The translations under genes were made by a program, and so were the position numbers. From the NCBI GenBank assembly GCA_017620615.1, contig JAGAUW010000012.1, forward strand, positions 30,221 to 94,220: a DNA stretch of 64,000 nt, in the 5' to 3' direction. This DNA comes from Clostridia bacterium (GTDB taxonomy: Bacteria; Bacillota; Clostridia; Monoglobales; Monoglobaceae). Shown piece by piece: positions 18,253-27,606 of the stretch. The notes beneath the pieces are model-generated. The model ran no database searches. It was not told where the DNA came from and saw nothing but the letters and a program-made list of their open reading frames with translations. How positions within the stretch are numbered: position 1 is the first letter of the stretch; each line of letters starts with the position of its first letter.

Positions 18253-19317
18253 TCAAAGTATGCTGTCGAGAACAGCAAGTGCCGTACCGCATTCCACCAC
18301 CACTGCTGCACGCTGAACGATGCAGGGATCGTGGCGACCTTTTATTTCTATGGTTGTATTTTCCATTTTTTCTGTGTCAACGGTGTTTTGCGTTTGAGCT
18401 ATTGAGGGGGTTGGCTTCATTGCCACCGAAAAGAGAACAGGCATTCCGTTTGAGATGCCGCCGTTTATTCCGCCGTTGTTGTTGGTAGTGGTAAAAATCT
18501 TTTCGCCATCAGTTTGGAAAGGGTCGTTGGCAACACTGCCTTTGAGGTTTGTAAAGTCGAAGCCTCTTCCAAATTCTATCCCTTTGACTGCAGGGATTGA
18601 AAACATCATTGACGAAATAACACTTTCGAGGGATGCAAAAAACGGTGAGCCGATTCCTGCAGCAAGACCCAAGACGGCACATTCGATTATTCCGCCTACG
18701 GAATCTTTTTCGCTTGAGGCACCTAGGATCGCCTGCTTCATTTTTTCACCTATCTCGTCCGAGATAACTGGGAAGTCTTTTAGCGAAATTTCATTTAGCA
18801 ACTCTTTTGAAAGAGGAGAGTCCATAAAAGATGGCTCTTTTATGTCATAAATTTGTTTTATGTGAGAGCCAATGGAAATGCCTTTTTGCGACAAAAGCTG
18901 TTTGGCAATAGCTCCTGCAAAAACCAATGGCGCGGTAATTCTTCCCGAAAAGTGTCCGCCACCACGAAAATCGTGAGAGTCACCGTATTTCTGAAAACCG
19001 GTGAAGTCGGCGTGACCTGGGCGGAGAAGATTTTTGTTATAGTCCTTTGATTTTGTATTGGTATTTTTGATAATCCCGCAGATTGGTGTCCCTGTGGTGA
19101 CAGAGTTCATAACACCAGAGAGGATTTCAACCTCGTCAGCCTCTTTCCTTGGAGTCGAAAGGGAATTCTGACCGGGAGCTCTGCGGAGCATTTCGCGGCG
19201 AATAAAATCCATATCAAGAGGGAGCCCGGAGGGGATTCCGTCGAGGACAACGCCAATGGCAGCCCCGTGGGATTCACCGAATATACTAATCTTTATTTTA
19301 TTGCCCCAGGTATTCAT
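18253..19317 (-). CDS. aroC: Chorismate synthase
   Basis: FGESHG...GHADF...RHDPC motifs; 354 aa. Confidence 0.93.
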   Translation of the reverse strand: MNTWGNKIKISIFGESHGAAIGVVLDGIPSGLPLDMDFIRREMLRRAPGQNSLSTPRKEADEVEILSGVMNSVTTGTPICGIIKNTNTKSKDYNKNLLRPGHADFTGFQKYGDSHDFRGGGHFSGRITAPLVFAGAIAKQLLSQKGISIGSHIKQIYDIKEPSFMDSPLSKELLNEISLKDFPVISDEIGEKMKQAILGASSEKDSVGGIIECAVLGLAAGIGSPFFASLESVISSMMFSIPAVKGIEFGRGFDFTNLKGSVANDPFQTDGEKIFTTTNNNGGINGGISNGMPVLFSVAMKPTPSIAQTQNTVDTEKMENTTIEIKGRHDPCIVQRAAVVVECGTALAVLDSIL

Positions 19318-20585
19318 TTTACATTACCTCCAAGTTTTACATAATCATCAAAGAACGCAGGATATGATTTTGTTATTGCTTTTTTTGCACCGTCTATGGA
19401 AATGTCGCCTTCAGTGCGGCAGGCGGCGATGGAAAGTGCCATTGCAATTCGGTGGTCATTCCATGAAGAAAGGTCACATCCCCTGAGAGTTTGCTTTCCT
19501 GATATTTCCAGAAAATCATCACCCTCTGTTATAGCAGCGTCCATTTTTGAAAGCTCTGATGCCATTGCGGCAAGACGGTCACTTTCCTTGAGCCTGAGCC
19601 TTGCGGCATTTTCAATGCGGCTTTTCCCTTTACAGAAAGAAAGCAGAACTGAAATGATTGGAATAAGGTCAGGAATTTCATCTGCATCAACAGTGATGCC
19701 GTGCATAAGTGCAGATGAACTTGCTTTCAAAGTGTCATTATCAATCCAAGTGACTTTTGCACCTGCTTTTTTGAGAATTTCAGTTATTTTTTTGTCACCC
19801 TGAAGACTATCTTTTTTTAAACCCTGACACGAAATATCACAGCCAAGGGCACCGGCAACAAGGAAAAATGCCGCCTGAGAGAAATCGCCCTCCACAGTAT
19901 AATTTGTGGCGGTATATTTCTGGTTTCCTTTGACTGTAAAGGTTTTATAGCTAAAGTTTTCAATTTCAATTCCAAAGTTTTTCAAAACGTCAAGGGTAAT
20001 ATCAACGTATCCTTTTGAAGAAAGGTTTCCATCTATTTTTATTATGCTGTCTCCGTCAAGAAGGGGAAGAGCAAACAAAAGCCCGGTCAAAAATTGTGAA
20101 CTCACACTGCCGTCCAAAGAGAATTCGCCGGAGGTGAGCTTGCCTGAAAGGGTCAGGATATTTTCAGTTTTATGATAATTGATACCTTTTTTTTCAAAAA
20201 TTTCAAAATATGGTTCAAGAGGCCTTTCCATAAGCTTCCCATGACCTTTGAAACTTGCACTGCTTCCAAGTGCCAAAGCTATTGGAATGAAAAACCGCAA
20301 GGTGGAACCGCTTTCTCCGCAGTCAAGGACAGGGGTTTTGGCGGAAGATTTGTCGGCTTTTTTAAAAGAAACAGTTTTAGTATTATTGTCAAATTCTGCA
20401 TTTCCACCCAAAGCTTTTACACAGGAGAGTGTGGCTTCGATGTCTTTCGATAGCTCTATGTTTGACACAGTGCAGGGAGAATTTGACAAAAATGCTGAGA
20501 TGATGGCTCTGTGAGCAAAGCTTTTTGAGGGTGGGATTTTCACAGTGCCCAAGAGGGGCGAAGGGGTGATTGTTACCATATCCAT
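19314..20585 (-). CDS. aroA: 3-phosphoshikimate 1-carboxyvinyltransferase (EPSP synthase)
   Basis: 423 aa: ...PPSKSFAHRA...LKESDR...NDHRIAMA.... Confidence 0.93.
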   Translation of the reverse strand: MDMVTITPSPLLGTVKIPPSKSFAHRAIISAFLSNSPCTVSNIELSKDIEATLSCVKALGGNAEFDNNTKTVSFKKADKSSAKTPVLDCGESGSTLRFFIPIALALGSSASFKGHGKLMERPLEPYFEIFEKKGINYHKTENILTLSGKLTSGEFSLDGSVSSQFLTGLLFALPLLDGDSIIKIDGNLSSKGYVDITLDVLKNFGIEIENFSYKTFTVKGNQKYTATNYTVEGDFSQAAFFLVAGALGCDISCQGLKKDSLQGDKKITEILKKAGAKVTWIDNDTLKASSSALMHGITVDADEIPDLIPIISVLLSFCKGKSRIENAARLRLKESDRLAAMASELSKMDAAITEGDDFLEISGKQTLRGCDLSSWNDHRIAMALSIAACRTEGDISIDGAKKAITKSYPAFFDDYVKLGGNVK

Positions 20586-21628
20586 ACCTTGCCTTTCTCG
20601 GTGGGCACCAAAGCTGCCTTGCCTATTTTTTCAGACAGTATCAGGCTCACAAGATTACCCTCGCCTTTTTTATCTATTTTTATTGCATCAAGAAGTGACT
20701 CCTTGTCTATATCAATTTTGGTAGGAAGCCCAAAGCTGAGAACCAAATTTTCTATACGATCTGATGTTCCCAAGGGGGTAATTCCCGTCTTTTCGCCGTA
20801 CTCTGCTGCCATGACCATACCGCATGCTACAGCTTGTCCGTGGGAATAATCCTTAAAATTATATCTCTTTTCAATAGCATGACCAAAGGTGTGTCCAAAA
20901 TTTAAAATCATACGCTTTCCTGTGTCGAGCTCGTCTTCTTCAACGACTATTTTTTTAAGCTCACAGCAACGGGAAATCACATCTTCTATGATTTCGCCCA
21001 TTTTGGTGCGAGAGGGATAACTTTCGATTTTTTCAAAAAGCTGCTCATCAAGAATAACCCCATATTTTATTGCCTCAGCCATACCGTCTGAGAAGATTTC
21101 GTCAGACAGCGTATCAAGACAGAGCGGGTCAATAATAACAAGCTTTGGCTGATAAAAGGCACCAACTAAATTTTTGCCTTGAGGGAGGTTTATTGCCACC
21201 TTTCCGCCAACGCTGCTGTCAATTTGTGCAAGAAGGGTGGTGGGTATCTGAACAAAAGGAATTCCACGAAGAAGTGTTGAGGCACAAAAGCCTGCAAGGT
21301 CACCTACGATTCCGCCGCCCAGGGCTATTATCAAATCGCCTCTGGTGATTCCGAATTCAAGCATTTTGTCATAAAGCACAGAAAGAGTTTCGGGGGATTT
21401 TGAGCCTTCGCCCGGGGCAACAGTAATAAGAGCAGTGGAAAAGCCGTTTTCTCTAAGCGAAGATATAAGGGTCTCGCTGTAAAGAGGAGCAACATTGCTG
21501 TCGGTGACTATTGCCGCTTTGCAGGGGTTTATCAGTTCTTTGATGAGTTTTCCGCTGTTTTTAAGCAGTCCTTTTTCAATTTTTATTTCATATTCCCGAC
21601 CGGGAAGGTTTATACAAAGATTTTGCAT
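20573..21628 (-). CDS. aroB: 3-dehydroquinate synthase
   Basis: ...GGGIVGDLAGF...NFGHTFGHAIE.... Start at ATG 21628 behind RBS AGGAGG. Confidence 0.92.
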   Translation of the reverse strand: MQNLCINLPGREYEIKIEKGLLKNSGKLIKELINPCKAAIVTDSNVAPLYSETLISSLRENGFSTALITVAPGEGSKSPETLSVLYDKMLEFGITRGDLIIALGGGIVGDLAGFCASTLLRGIPFVQIPTTLLAQIDSSVGGKVAINLPQGKNLVGAFYQPKLVIIDPLCLDTLSDEIFSDGMAEAIKYGVILDEQLFEKIESYPSRTKMGEIIEDVISRCCELKKIVVEEDELDTGKRMILNFGHTFGHAIEKRYNFKDYSHGQAVACGMVMAAEYGEKTGITPLGTSDRIENLVLSFGLPTKIDIDKESLLDAIKIDKKGEGNLVSLILSEKIGKAALVPTEKGKVWIW

Positions 21629-21689
21629 ATTTGTGAAAATCCTCCTGAATATACAATACATTTCATTTTAACATAACATTAAAAAAAAT

Positions 21690-22559
21690 TCAATAATTTT
21701 TGGGTTCTTTGTTTTGCATTGTGAGTTTGTTGTCCCTGACCGAAGAAAGAAGCCTGATAAGTCCTTCCTTGTCGTTATTTTCTATTGCAGCTTTGAATTT
21801 TTGCAGAGAACTCAAAAAGGTAGAAAGCTCATCAAGCAAAAAATCCTTGTTTTCAAGGAAAAGCTGACTCCAGAGTATTGGGTTTATGTTGGCAATTCTG
21901 GTACAGTCACGAAAGGCTCCGGCTGTATACGCACGGTTCATTTTGGTGTTATAATCAAGGCAAAGGGCAGCAGCAGATACGTGCATCAAATCGCTTGTAT
22001 AGGCGATTACACTGTCGTGCTCTTCGGGTGTACTCTCTGTAATCCTTGTTGCACCGATATATTTTGCCATTTCCTTTACCAGTGCTATTGAACTGGGAGA
22101 AGAGGAGGGAATGGGTGTCACAATAAATCCGCACATACCAAAAAGCTCAGGTGCGGCACTGTCAAAGCCGTCAGTTTCTTTTCCTGCCATAGGGTGTCCA
22201 CCTACATAGTCACAGTCATCGGGCAGGATTTTTGAGATTTCCTCGGCGAGTTTTGTTTTGACACCGCATACATCGGTTATGACAGCACCTTTTTTGAAAT
22301 GAGCACGATTTTCTGCAATAATTTTTGTTATAAGCTCAGGATACACACAAAGAATAACAAGGTCAGCATTTTCTATTGCAGGAGCAGGGTTTTCCCATAC
22401 CTCGGCAACAGCATTTTTTGAAAGTGCTTTTCTGCGGGTTTCAGGATTTATGTCACACCCTGAAATTTTTGCATTTTTGAATCCGTGCAGGGCATAAGCC
22501 ATAGAGCCGCCGATAATACCAAGCCCGATTATTGCGATTTTAAAGTGGTTTTCCTCCAT
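21690..22559 (-). CDS. tyrA: Prephenate dehydrogenase
   Basis: N-terminal Rossmann IAIIGLGIIGGS, ...GGHPMAGKE.... Confidence 0.88.
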   Translation of the reverse strand: MEENHFKIAIIGLGIIGGSMAYALHGFKNAKISGCDINPETRRKALSKNAVAEVWENPAPAIENADLVILCVYPELITKIIAENRAHFKKGAVITDVCGVKTKLAEEISKILPDDCDYVGGHPMAGKETDGFDSAAPELFGMCGFIVTPIPSSSPSSIALVKEMAKYIGATRITESTPEEHDSVIAYTSDLMHVSAAALCLDYNTKMNRAYTAGAFRDCTRIANINPILWSQLFLENKDFLLDELSTFLSSLQKFKAAIENNDKEGLIRLLSSVRDNKLTMQNKEPKNY

Positions 22560-22589
22560 AACAAGATACCTTTACCTTTCAAGTATAAA

Positions 22590-23609
22590 CTATTTTATTT
22601 CTTTCCCAAAGTGGATACTCATAGCTCTTAGCTTAGCCATAAGACTTTCGTACTGAGGAAGGTCAAGAGACTGGGCACCATCACAAAGAGCATTTTTGGG
22701 GTCATTGTGAACTTCCACAATGATGCCGTCAGCACCTACTGCAAGAGCAGCAAGGGAGAGGGGCTTGACCATCCAGTTTATGCCCGCAGAGTGAGATGGG
22801 TCAACCACGACAGGTAGGTGACTCATTTTTTTCACTGCTAGGACAGCACTGAGGTCAAGGGTGTTTCGGGTGTAGGTTTCGAAAGTCCTTATTCCACGCT
22901 CGCAAAGAATAACATTGTGGTTTCCGCCTGCCATAATGTATTCAGCTGACATCAGCCATTCTTCAATGGTCGCCGAAAGTCCGCGTTTCAAAAGTATGGG
23001 CTTTTGGATTTTGCCAAGCTCTTTAAGAAGGTCGAAGTTCTGCATATTTCTTGCCCCAACCTGAATAATGTCAACGTTTTCATTGAAGGTTTCAACCAGG
23101 GATGGACACATTATTTCTGTTACAATGGGGAGATTTGTTTCGCGGCGTGCCTCCTTCAAAAGCTCAAGACCCTCAAGCTCAAGGCCCTGGAAAGAATAAG
23201 GAGAGGTGCGGGGCTTGTAGGCGCCACCGCGGAGAAAGGATGCACCGCTTTCCTTTACGCCTTTTGCAACTGTGAGAATTTGTTCTTTTGATTCAACACT
23301 GCAGGGGCCTGCCATAACCACAAAGCTTTTGCCGTTACCGATTTTTGTGCCGCCAACTTCTATTACTGTATTGTTGGGGTGAAATTTTCGGTTTGCTTTT
23401 TTGAATGGCTCCTGGACACGCATAATGCGTTCAACATCGGGGTCAAGAAGAAGACGGTCGGCATCCAGGGCGTGAGTGTCGCCCACAAGACCCATAACAA
23501 TGCTGTCTTTTCCTCGGATAAGGTCGATATCAAGACCTTTTTCCTTGAAATCAGCCATCATCATATTCAGCTTTTCTTCTGCTATTGTTGTTTTTGTTAC
23601 GATTACCAT
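22590..23609 (-). CDS. aroF: 3-deoxy-7-phosphoheptulonate (DAHP) synthase, type I-beta with N-terminal ferredoxin-like regulatory domain
   Basis: Core ...MAGPCSVES...GAYKPRTSPYSFQG...DPSH..., preceded by a ~70-aa extra domain. ATG at 23609 is preferred; TTG 23618 is possible. Confidence 0.9.
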   Translation of the reverse strand: MVIVTKTTIAEEKLNMMMADFKEKGLDIDLIRGKDSIVMGLVGDTHALDADRLLLDPDVERIMRVQEPFKKANRKFHPNNTVIEVGGTKIGNGKSFVVMAGPCSVESKEQILTVAKGVKESGASFLRGGAYKPRTSPYSFQGLELEGLELLKEARRETNLPIVTEIMCPSLVETFNENVDIIQVGARNMQNFDLLKELGKIQKPILLKRGLSATIEEWLMSAEYIMAGGNHNVILCERGIRTFETYTRNTLDLSAVLAVKKMSHLPVVVDPSHSAGINWMVKPLSLAALAVGADGIIVEVHNDPKNALCDGAQSLDLPQYESLMAKLRAMSIHFGKEIK

Positions 23610-23637
23610 AATTATCAAGACCTTTCTTAATAGATAA

Positions 23638-23672
23638 ATAAAAAAGAGAGCCCGCTGTATAACGAGCTCTCT
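23638..23672 (-). terminator. Intrinsic terminator inside the 5' leader of the aro operon (attenuator)
   Basis: Minus-strand AGAGAGCTCG-ttatacag-CGGGCTCTCT followed by TTTTTT. 10-bp stem. Ends ~30 nt upstream of the aroF start. Confidence 0.8.
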
Positions 23673-23691
23673 GATAAAGTTTCAAATTGTG

Positions 23692-23832
23692 CTAAATGGT
23701 GGCAGCACATATCAGCCCATTATACCGTAAATTTTTGGCAAAGTAAAAATAACCGTAGCTAAAATAAAAGCTAAGGCTGATAAAGTAAAAGAAATATTTA
23801 ACTGTGCAAATAAGATTTTCCGCAAGTTTCAT
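23692..23832 (-). CDS. Candidate 46-aa Phe/Tyr-rich leader peptide of the aromatic amino-acid operon
   Basis: MKLAENLICTVKYFFYFISLSFYFSYGYFYFAKNLRYNGLICAATI. 13 of 19 consecutive codons (23740-23796) are Phe or Tyr. The stop lies 19 nt before the terminator stem. The RBS (GAAAGGA, 12-nt spacing) is only moderate. Confidence 0.35.
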   Translation of the reverse strand: MKLAENLICTVKYFFYFISLSFYFSYGYFYFAKNLRYNGLICAATI

Positions 23833-23864
23833 ATTCCAAAAGAATCCTTTCACCATTTCCGAAT

Positions 23865-23893
23865 AGTTTAGCACAGTAAATTGATAAAGTCAA
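23865..23893 (-). promoter_or_regulatory. Sigma-A type promoter for the aro leader/operon
   Basis: TTGACT - 17 nt - (TGc)TAAACT with extended -10. A second candidate (TTTACT-17-TATAAT, 23719-23747) lies inside the leader ORF. Confidence 0.5.
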
Positions 23894-23935
23894 GACCTTT
23901 TTTAAAATTTTAGTAACTTAAAAGTTTAAAAATTT

Positions 23936-24316
23936 TTATAATATTTCTTCTATGCCAAAACCTTCCTGATGAGGAATATGGTCAAGGAGCATAGAAAACA
24001 TAATGAATTCACCCATAAAGTCTGACTTTGCGTGAAGAACAGCAAAGGCTCTGCTTTGCTTTAGTGATATTTCGATTTCTTCTATATTTTTTGTGGATAT
24101 GGTAAGGGATGCCCAAAGCCGTTTTTTATCCCACGTGTTTTGTATTTGGTCTATATTCTCTATGACCTTATCCCATTGGTCAGCATTTGCGAAACGTATG
24201 GTTTCCTGACAAATGGGGCTTATACGGTTGGTAAGATTTATCATTATATAAGAATGTATTCCAATGAATATGCATATTACCAAAAAAATTGTGATTGCCA
24301 CAATCAAAGCTCTCAT
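23936..24316 (-). CDS. DUF4363-like small membrane-anchored protein
   Basis: 126 aa with an N-terminal TM helix. Overlaps and pairs with the upstream DUF421 gene, as is common in Firmicutes. Family assignment is from memory. Confidence 0.5.
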   Translation of the reverse strand: MRALIVAITIFLVICIFIGIHSYIMINLTNRISPICQETIRFANADQWDKVIENIDQIQNTWDKKRLWASLTISTKNIEEIEISLKQSRAFAVLHAKSDFMGEFIMFSMLLDHIPHQEGFGIEEIL

Positions 24317-25029
24317 TGTCTTTTGTTCTCCTTTTGAGCATCGTTTTTAATAATTACAATTTCACCGGTGCGGTCAGCAGTCATACAAAAAATCTGAGAA
24401 GCATTTCGAATTTTTTTTGCTGACAGTTGTTTTGTAAGCCATTCGCGATTGAAGCCAAGCCGACGCAAATTATTGTCATTTATATGTCCGTTGTCAATTA
24501 GTACATAACTGATAAAGTTCTGTGAGACAGGTGGGATTTTTAAATCTCTCGGGGTGACGGGGGCGAAATCGGGTTTGGGGATGACGCTTACGTTTCCGTT
24601 TGTTTCCATAATTATATAGTCTATTTCCGAAAGTGAGGTTGCCCCTGTGTTTCTCACGGTTTCCATAAGGTCGTTGAGGTTGAAACGCTGGCGAGCCATT
24701 TCCTTTTGATTGATTTTTCCTTTTTCATAAAAAACGCTTGGAGTACCAAAAAAGATTTTCCGCAAAGTGAAATTTCTGTATGCGCCAAAGGACAGTGCCA
24801 GTTCAAGTACGAGTAGCAAAGCAATGGCGACGAGACTACTGATTATGGGTTGAGATGTGTCCTGGATAGGTAGTGCTGCCACCTCTGAAATGACAATAGT
24901 AACTACCAGTTCAGAGGGTTCAAGCTCGCCTATCTGACGTTTTCCCAGCGTCCGGAGAGAAACAATAACGAAGAAATACATTATGATGGTACGAATAAAT
25001 GTTACGAACAAGCTATCACATCCATTCAA
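24313..25029 (-). CDS. DUF421 (YetF-like) membrane protein
   Basis: ...IRTIIMYFFVIVSLRTLGKRQIGELEPSELVVTIVISE... is the characteristic N-terminus. Confidence 0.7.
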   Translation of the reverse strand: MNGCDSLFVTFIRTIIMYFFVIVSLRTLGKRQIGELEPSELVVTIVISEVAALPIQDTSQPIISSLVAIALLLVLELALSFGAYRNFTLRKIFFGTPSVFYEKGKINQKEMARQRFNLNDLMETVRNTGATSLSEIDYIIMETNGNVSVIPKPDFAPVTPRDLKIPPVSQNFISYVLIDNGHINDNNLRRLGFNREWLTKQLSAKKIRNASQIFCMTADRTGEIVIIKNDAQKENKRQ

Positions 25030-25140
25030 AGCTTTTTTAGAGTATTATTTCCTTAAAATTCTTTGGGTATACAGAGGACTTTCACCAAAACAGATTTTAC
25101 GCATACAATATTTTAGTGAAAAGTGAAAGGAGTGTATGCT

Positions 25141-25527
25141 ATGCCGGAAGGATATATTGTTGTTCAGGTATACACAGCGGATCAAGCCATACCGCTTCCC
25201 GATGCAAACGTAATTGTGTCAAAGCCCGCAGGAAGCGGTGAAGAGGTTGTGAGGATTATGAAGACCAACCGAAGCGGAAAGACGGAAATAATTGCTGTGC
25301 CTACATCCCCAGCATCAAATTCACAGACGCCGGATGGGACGGATAGATTTTTCAAATACAATATTCGGGTGGATTATCCGGGTTACAGAACTGTAGAAAA
25401 TGTGAATGTTCCGGTTTTTGAAGGGCAAACCTCAATACAGCCCGTGGGGATGATACCACTCCCCGACGGAGCGGAAAATGGAAAAGCTGTCACAGTTATT
25501 GAGGAAGAACCTTTTGAAAATGAATGA
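25141..25527 (+). CDS. Beta-sandwich (carboxypeptidase-regulatory-like) protein resembling the N-terminal pro-region of clostridial SleC
   Basis: MPEGYIVVQVYTADQAIPLPDANVIV.... RBS AAAGGAG. In the same frame as the next ORF but separated from it by two stop codons. Confidence 0.45.
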   Translation: MPEGYIVVQVYTADQAIPLPDANVIVSKPAGSGEEVVRIMKTNRSGKTEIIAVPTSPASNSQTPDGTDRFFKYNIRVDYPGYRTVENVNVPVFEGQTSIQPVGMIPLPDGAENGKAVTVIEEEPFENE

Positions 25528-25545
25528 AAAGGCAGGTGATTTTTT

Positions 25546-26943
25546 GTGGTAGGAAGACCCTATATACCAGAAACGATAACAGTGCATCTGGGAGCGCCTG
25601 ATTCCAATGCGGAAAATGTGACGGTGAGCTTTTCGGATTATATAAAAAACGTTGCGTCAAGTGAAATCTTTCCCACCTGGCCCGAAAGTGCCCTCCGGGC
25701 AAATATTTATGCGCAGATTTCTTATGCACTTAACAGAATTTATACTGAGTGGTATCCCTCACGGGGCTATAATTTTGACATAACAAACTCCACAGCTTTT
25801 GACCAGTCGTTTGTGAAAAACCGCGATATTTTTGAAAATATAAGCCAGATAGTTGACGAAATATTTAACGACTATATCAGGCGACAGGGAAACGTGGAAC
25901 CGCTTTTTGCGGCGTTTTGTGACGGCCGTGAGGTTACCTGTGACGGACTTTCCCAATGGGGCTCGGTGGAGCTTGCAAATCAGGGGCTTGGGCCATATGA
26001 TATTCTTACATATTATTATGGTGATGATATTGAGCTTGTGCAAGATGCTCCCATACAGAATGTGACCGAAACCTATCCGGGTACACCTCTTAGGGTTGGT
26101 TCATCCGGTCAGAGTGTGAGGACAATACAGACACAGCTCAACAGAATCTCAAGGGATTACCCACTTATCCCCAAGATTTCATCTGTTGATGGGGTGTTTG
26201 GTGAGGAAACCGAGGATGCAGTGAGAAAGTTTCAGGAAATTTTTAATCTGACTCAGGATGGCATAATAGGAAAAGCCACATGGTACAAAATAAAATCTAT
26301 TTTTGTGGCGGTGTCAAGGCTCGGGGCACTGAATTCAGAGGGTATAAAGCTTGCGGATGTTTCAAAGAACTTTGTTACTGAAATAAGGCCCGGTGAAAGG
26401 GGGAATCCCGTCAGGGTTGTACAGTACTATCTGTCGGTGATTGCGGCATATGACAATGCTGTGCCCGCTGTAAATATTGACGGAATATTTGGCCCTGCTA
26501 CCGAAAATGCGGTAAGGAGCTTTCAGCAGAGCAGAGGACTTCCTGAGTCTGGTGTGGTGGATGAGGCCACCTGGGACGCACTTAGCAGCAGTTATCTTGG
26601 AATTTTAGAGAACTATCCACCTCAGTTTTTGGCAGAGGAGTATTCACCATATCCGGGCACGCCACTTACCTTGGGAACCAGCTCGGATGCAGTAAGGGTT
26701 CTCCAAACGCGACTTGATTTCATATCAGGAGTTTATGAAAATATTCCCTCGGTGGAGGTTACCGGATATTTCGGTGAGCAGACACAAAATGCAGTGGATG
26801 CTTTTGCGGAAGATGTGGGAGTGCCCCCAAAAGGATTTGTTGGGCCTGTGCTTTGGGATTTGATTGAGGACACATACTTCAATCTGAAAAACGGTGATCT
26901 GAAAACTCCTGGTCAATATCCGGGATATACGGTTCAAGGTTAG
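25546..26943 (+). CDS. SleC-like spore cortex-lytic / peptidoglycan-binding protein (three PG_binding_1 repeats)
   Basis: N-terminal ...ITVHLGAPDSNAENVTVSFSDYIKNVASSEIFPTWPESALRANIYAQISYALNRIYTEWY..., followed by three GxxGxxVxxLQ..L...DG.FG..T..AV..FQ repeats. GTG start with RBS AGGTGA. Confidence 0.65.
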   Translation: MVGRPYIPETITVHLGAPDSNAENVTVSFSDYIKNVASSEIFPTWPESALRANIYAQISYALNRIYTEWYPSRGYNFDITNSTAFDQSFVKNRDIFENISQIVDEIFNDYIRRQGNVEPLFAAFCDGREVTCDGLSQWGSVELANQGLGPYDILTYYYGDDIELVQDAPIQNVTETYPGTPLRVGSSGQSVRTIQTQLNRISRDYPLIPKISSVDGVFGEETEDAVRKFQEIFNLTQDGIIGKATWYKIKSIFVAVSRLGALNSEGIKLADVSKNFVTEIRPGERGNPVRVVQYYLSVIAAYDNAVPAVNIDGIFGPATENAVRSFQQSRGLPESGVVDEATWDALSSSYLGILENYPPQFLAEEYSPYPGTPLTLGTSSDAVRVLQTRLDFISGVYENIPSVEVTGYFGEQTQNAVDAFAEDVGVPPKGFVGPVLWDLIEDTYFNLKNGDLKTPGQYPGYTVQG

Positions 26944-26957
26944 AAGGAGGAATTTGA

Positions 26958-27491
26958 ATGGAAAATAAAATTTATTTTTCATACCGTGACAATCCAAAAA
27001 ACATTCGGGAAATCCAGACATATCTGAGGTTTATATCAAGGTACATAAGGGATGTTCCTAATGTAAATCCAGACGGAATATATGGGCCCGAAACAGAGAA
27101 AGCGGTCAGTGCTTTTCAAAAGAGATTTGGACTTCCCTCGACTGGAAAGGTGGATTTTGAGACCTGGACAAATATCGTTGAGGTTTATGACGATTTGGTG
27201 CTAGGAAGAAAAACTCTGAGACCCGTTTATGTATATCCTGTGGGTCTTCCTAATTTCAAAGAGGGGGATGAGTTTGAGGAAGTTTATGTTCTTCAGGTGA
27301 TGCTGAGTCGGCTTGCAAAAATTTTCGGTAACATTCATCCTGTGAAAATTACGGGAAACTTTGACAGTGATACAAAAAAAGCGGTTGAGGATTTAGAAAG
27401 ATATTACAACAGAGAAACAAAGGGAATGGTTGACAGAGAGCTGTGGAATATTCTTGCTGATGTTTATAGCGGATTTACTTTCAATGATTGA
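26958..27491 (+). CDS. Peptidoglycan-binding domain protein (two PG_binding_1 repeats)
   Basis: ...IQTYLRFIS...PDGIYGPETEKAVSAFQKRFGLPSTGKVD... repeated twice. Confidence 0.7.
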   Translation: MENKIYFSYRDNPKNIREIQTYLRFISRYIRDVPNVNPDGIYGPETEKAVSAFQKRFGLPSTGKVDFETWTNIVEVYDDLVLGRKTLRPVYVYPVGLPNFKEGDEFEEVYVLQVMLSRLAKIFGNIHPVKITGNFDSDTKKAVEDLERYYNRETKGMVDRELWNILADVYSGFTFND

Positions 27492-27606
27492 GTTGACTTT
27501 CTGATTTATTTTTGATAGAATATCAAAGAAAAAATCACCTTGGGACAGATGCTCCCGAGGTGATTTGAATAAATAATTGTCACATTTACGGAACGGAGAA
27601 AATCTT

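Noticed and set aside
23689-23708. T-box-like string AAATGGTGGCAGCAC upstream of the aro operon
   Set aside because: It reads that way only on the + strand, whereas the operon and its leader are transcribed on the - strand. On the correct strand I see no T-box consensus (AAnnnGGGTGGTACCGCG), specifier-loop or AG-bulge features.
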